Part shown: positions 61,435 through 64,000 of the stretch, piece by piece
How the letters are laid out: each line of letters opens with the position of its first letter
How positions within the stretch are numbered: the stretch's first letter is position 1
Assembly (NCBI GenBank): GCA_002269645.1
Contig: NIVC01002525.1
Coordinates: 62,001 to 126,000, forward strand
Reading direction: 5' to 3'
From: Macrostomum lignano
Lineage: Eukaryota
DNA length: 64,000 nucleotides
Notes under the pieces: generated by a model
Database searches by the model: none
The model's input: the letters and a program-made list of their open reading frames with translations, nothing else
What the model was told of the DNA's origin: nothing
Made by a program: the position numbers and the translations under genes

Positions 61435-64000
61435 CTGTCTGTCTGTCCGTCTGTCTGTCTGTCTGTCCGTCTGTCTGTCTGTCTGTCCGTCTGTCCGTCT
61501 GTCTGTCTGTCTGTCCGTCTGTCTGTCTGTCTGTCCGTCTGTCTTTCTGTCTGTCTGTCTGTCTGTTTGTCTATCTGTCTCACGTCCCAAACTGCCCCCG
61601 CAGCCGTCTGCTGCCTCTCGCCGTCAACCGACGATTCGTTGCTAAGCCAGGGCCGTCAGCTGGCCGCCAGCATCCGCGCCCGCCATCTGGAGTGCCAGCA
61701 GCCGCCGTCGCAGACCTGCCGACAGTCGCCCACAAGCGACGACGCCAACTCTTCTACATCGTCCTCGCCGATCGTTGGCCAGCAGCAGCAGCGTCGAAAC
61801 ATCATCGCAGTTGCCGACATCAACGACAGCTTGAAGCAGCTGGCTGAGGACTGCCTGACCCGCCTGCTACCTGCGGCTGTTGAAGCCGCCGGCGCGTCGA
61901 CTCAAGCAGCATCGACAAATTTGTCGACACAAACGGCCAACTCGACAGCGACGCCAACGTCTGGCGCTTCGACATCATCGTCGACCCCGACACCGTCGTC
62001 GGCTCTGCTAGTCGCCCTAGTCTGCGGCGATCCCGACATTCCATGCAGCATCGCCCGCCTGCTGGCGGCCCTGCCAGTTCGCAGGTCAGCTCAGCTGCAC
62101 CGGGTCGGGCACGACTCGCTGCTGTTCACCGTGGCCAACACTGCTAGCCCGCTAGCCGCCGCTGCAAACGGCTCCGGCCCAATGTCCGCTACTAAAGAGA
62201 ATTGCATGCTACTAATAGTAGCTTCGTTTCATCGGGCCTGGCGAATTCTACGCCAGCCTCAGCAGCAGCATCAGAGCCAGCCTACTAGACTGTTGATTGT
62301 GTACAACTCTATTCGGAGAGCGTCCTACGTTTGCGCTAAGCAGTTCGCCACGGCCGTTGCTAGCGGCCCTCGCACGCCCTACCTGCTGGTTAACGTCGGT
62401 CCGAAATCTCCCGGCAATCCGGACTTTCATTTAGACGACTACGCCGTCGACTCGTCGATATTGTCGAATTTTGTCATTGCCGGGGCTACGGCGCCTTGGC
62501 GACAGTTGATCTCCGCCACCGCCAAGACTGTGTCGCCGGCGTCGCTGCTGATGACGTCTGGCTCGTCTGGTGGCTCGGCGTCCTACTACCAGCCGTGCCC
62601 TGACGATGCCGACGATCACAGCCTCCCAGCTGGCATTGCCGCCGCGGGCAGCCTGGAGCCGCAGTACTACACTCCTCTTGGCGATGGAGACGCGGCCGGC
62701 ATAGCGCCGGTGGCAGCGACAATGCCGGAGGTGTATGCCTCGCCGCCTGATTGCTACTCAATGGCTGCGCCTGGCTTTGTCGGCTCTGCTGCGTTTGCAC
62801 CTGGACCGCCACCCGACTCCACTTATTCTGACGCATTAAACGCTTTACCTGATGGCAATTTTCAAATGGTTGGCTCGGCTAAGACTCCAGCGGCTGCTGC
62901 TGCGGCGGCGGCGGCTGCTGCTGGTTCTGTTAATCCCGCTTTTACTGGAGACGAGCTCGAGGCCAGGTGAGAGAGACTGCTCTGGGATCCTCTCGGCGAT
63001 AATAGTAGCTTCGGATTACTGGTCCTCATTGATCCCTATTGTAACTTTACTGATCCCCAATGATCCCCAATGATCCCCACTGGTCTCTACTGATCCCCAA
63101 TGATCCCTAATGACCCTACTGATCCCCAATTATCTTTACTGATTCCCAATGGGGAACTGATCCCTACCGATCCCCAATGATCCCCAATTATCTGTGCTGA
63201 TTCCCAATGATCCCTACTGATCCCCAATGATCGCCACTGATCCCTTCTGATCCCCAATGATCCCCACTGATCCATAATGGTCCCTACTGTTCCCAAATGA
63301 TCCCTACTGATCCCCTCCGATCCCCACCAATCCTCATCCCCCTTTCCGCACTCAACCTGCATTGCAGATTTAAGCAGTCAGGCCGTCACCAGCTGCGCCA
63401 TCAGCCGAGCAAGCGTGACGGCGCCGCGCCGGCCGCTATCCCGCCGCTGTCGTGGTCGCAGCTGCCGTTAGATAACTCCGCATCCCCCGTTCCAGCCTGC
63501 TTATCCGCCTGCGTCGCCTACATCGAAGCCAACGGCGGTCTGGCCACCGAAGGCGTCTATCGAACCTGCGGCAACGCGTACGACATTGCCGACACAGTCA
63601 GCCTGTTGCTAAGCCAGCCGGCCGAGCTGGCCAATCGCGGGCCCAGCCTGTGCACCGTCACCTCGGCTCTGAAACAGATCATCGGTAAACTGACGCCTCC
63701 CCTGCTGCCTGAACGGCTGCTGCCGCAATTGGCTCAGCTGTGCCAGCTGCCGGTTCAGCTTGGCGAGCTGCTCCGGGCTGAGCTCGACCCGTTCCAGCTG
63801 GCCTGTCTGAAACGGCTGGCCAGACATCTTCACAGGCTTGCTGCCGCTCATGAGGTCACAAAAATGACGGCCTACAATCTGGCGCTGTGCTGGGCGCCGA
63901 CTTTGCTGTCGCCTAAAAATCCTATGATGCTGCTGACTTATCGGGAGGCGTTGCAGTGCATTGTGGAATCTGTTATTCAGTCGCCCGAAGTGCTTGACGG
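52203..64000 (+). CDS. p190RhoGAP: p190 RhoGAP (ARHGAP35/ARHGAP5 family), 8 exons visible, 3' end outside the window
   Basis: Exons 52203-52402, 54964-55343, 56135-56570, 57734-58019, 58904-59182, 59939-60617, 61604-62966, 63368-64000+ with consistent phases (2,1,2,0,0,1,2). Motifs: [40 protein letters not shown] (N-terminal GTPase); FF-like region; ALVCGDP and [11 protein letters not shown] (pseudoGTPase pG2); EGVYR arginine finger (63561) and [15 protein letters not shown] (RhoGAP). Confidence 0.95.
52499..54923. repeat. 23-bp minisatellite, ~105 copies, p190 intron 1
   Basis: Unit gagtcagtctgaattacctgtca. Confidence 0.98.
55415..56070. repeat. 15-bp minisatellite, p190 intron 2
   Basis: Unit gacacatgaggggta. 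Confidence 0.96.
56632..57722. repeat. 20-bp minisatellite, p190 intron 3
   Basis: Unit ctatccccaatctcccattt. Confidence 0.97.
58035..58830. repeat. 21-bp minisatellite, p190 intron 4
   Basis: Unit ctgatcctgccattctggtca. Confidence 0.96.
59218..59903. repeat. ~32-bp minisatellite, p190 intron 5
   Basis: Unit gatatgtatcgattctattcttaatgactgcc. Confidence 0.95.
60643..61580. repeat. (TGTC)n microsatellite with TG/CC variants, p190 intron 6
   Basis: Directly visible; source of the CLSV/TDRQ ORFs. Confidence 0.98.
63027..63330. repeat. Degenerate ~10-bp repeat (gatccccaat), p190 intron 7
   Basis: Directly visible. Confidence 0.9.

Overview
Eukaryotic (metazoan) genomic DNA with spliceosomal GT-AG introns. 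The GC3-rich exons and minisatellite-filled introns resemble a flatworm such as Macrostomum, which is an unverified inference. Left 23 kb: a cluster of SVOP-like MFS transporter genes (two complete 6-exon paralogs on the minus strand plus a tail-to-tail inverted copy running off the left edge), a MITE family, a tRNA-derived CORE-like SINE, a Myb/SANT-like ORF fused to a 21-bp array, a frameshifted PAN+LamG pseudogene and an intact C-type lectin+PAN gene. Middle (23914-41448): a non-coding foldback-type element with ~2.86-kb terminal inverted repeats and a 6-bp TSD. Its left arm has been hit by a P-superfamily (THAP) DNA transposon with a 7-bp TSD and by a very young full-length Ty3/Gypsy element; the right arm preserves both empty sites. 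The Gypsy Gag-Pol carries an apparent cold-shock (CSD) RNA-binding domain between the CCHC knuckle and the protease, which is the most striking observation in the window. Right 20 kb: a MAM-like type I membrane protein gene and a p190RhoGAP gene (runs off the right edge) in which every intron is filled by a different tandem repeat. All exon models, alignments and domain calls were made by eye; no searches were run.
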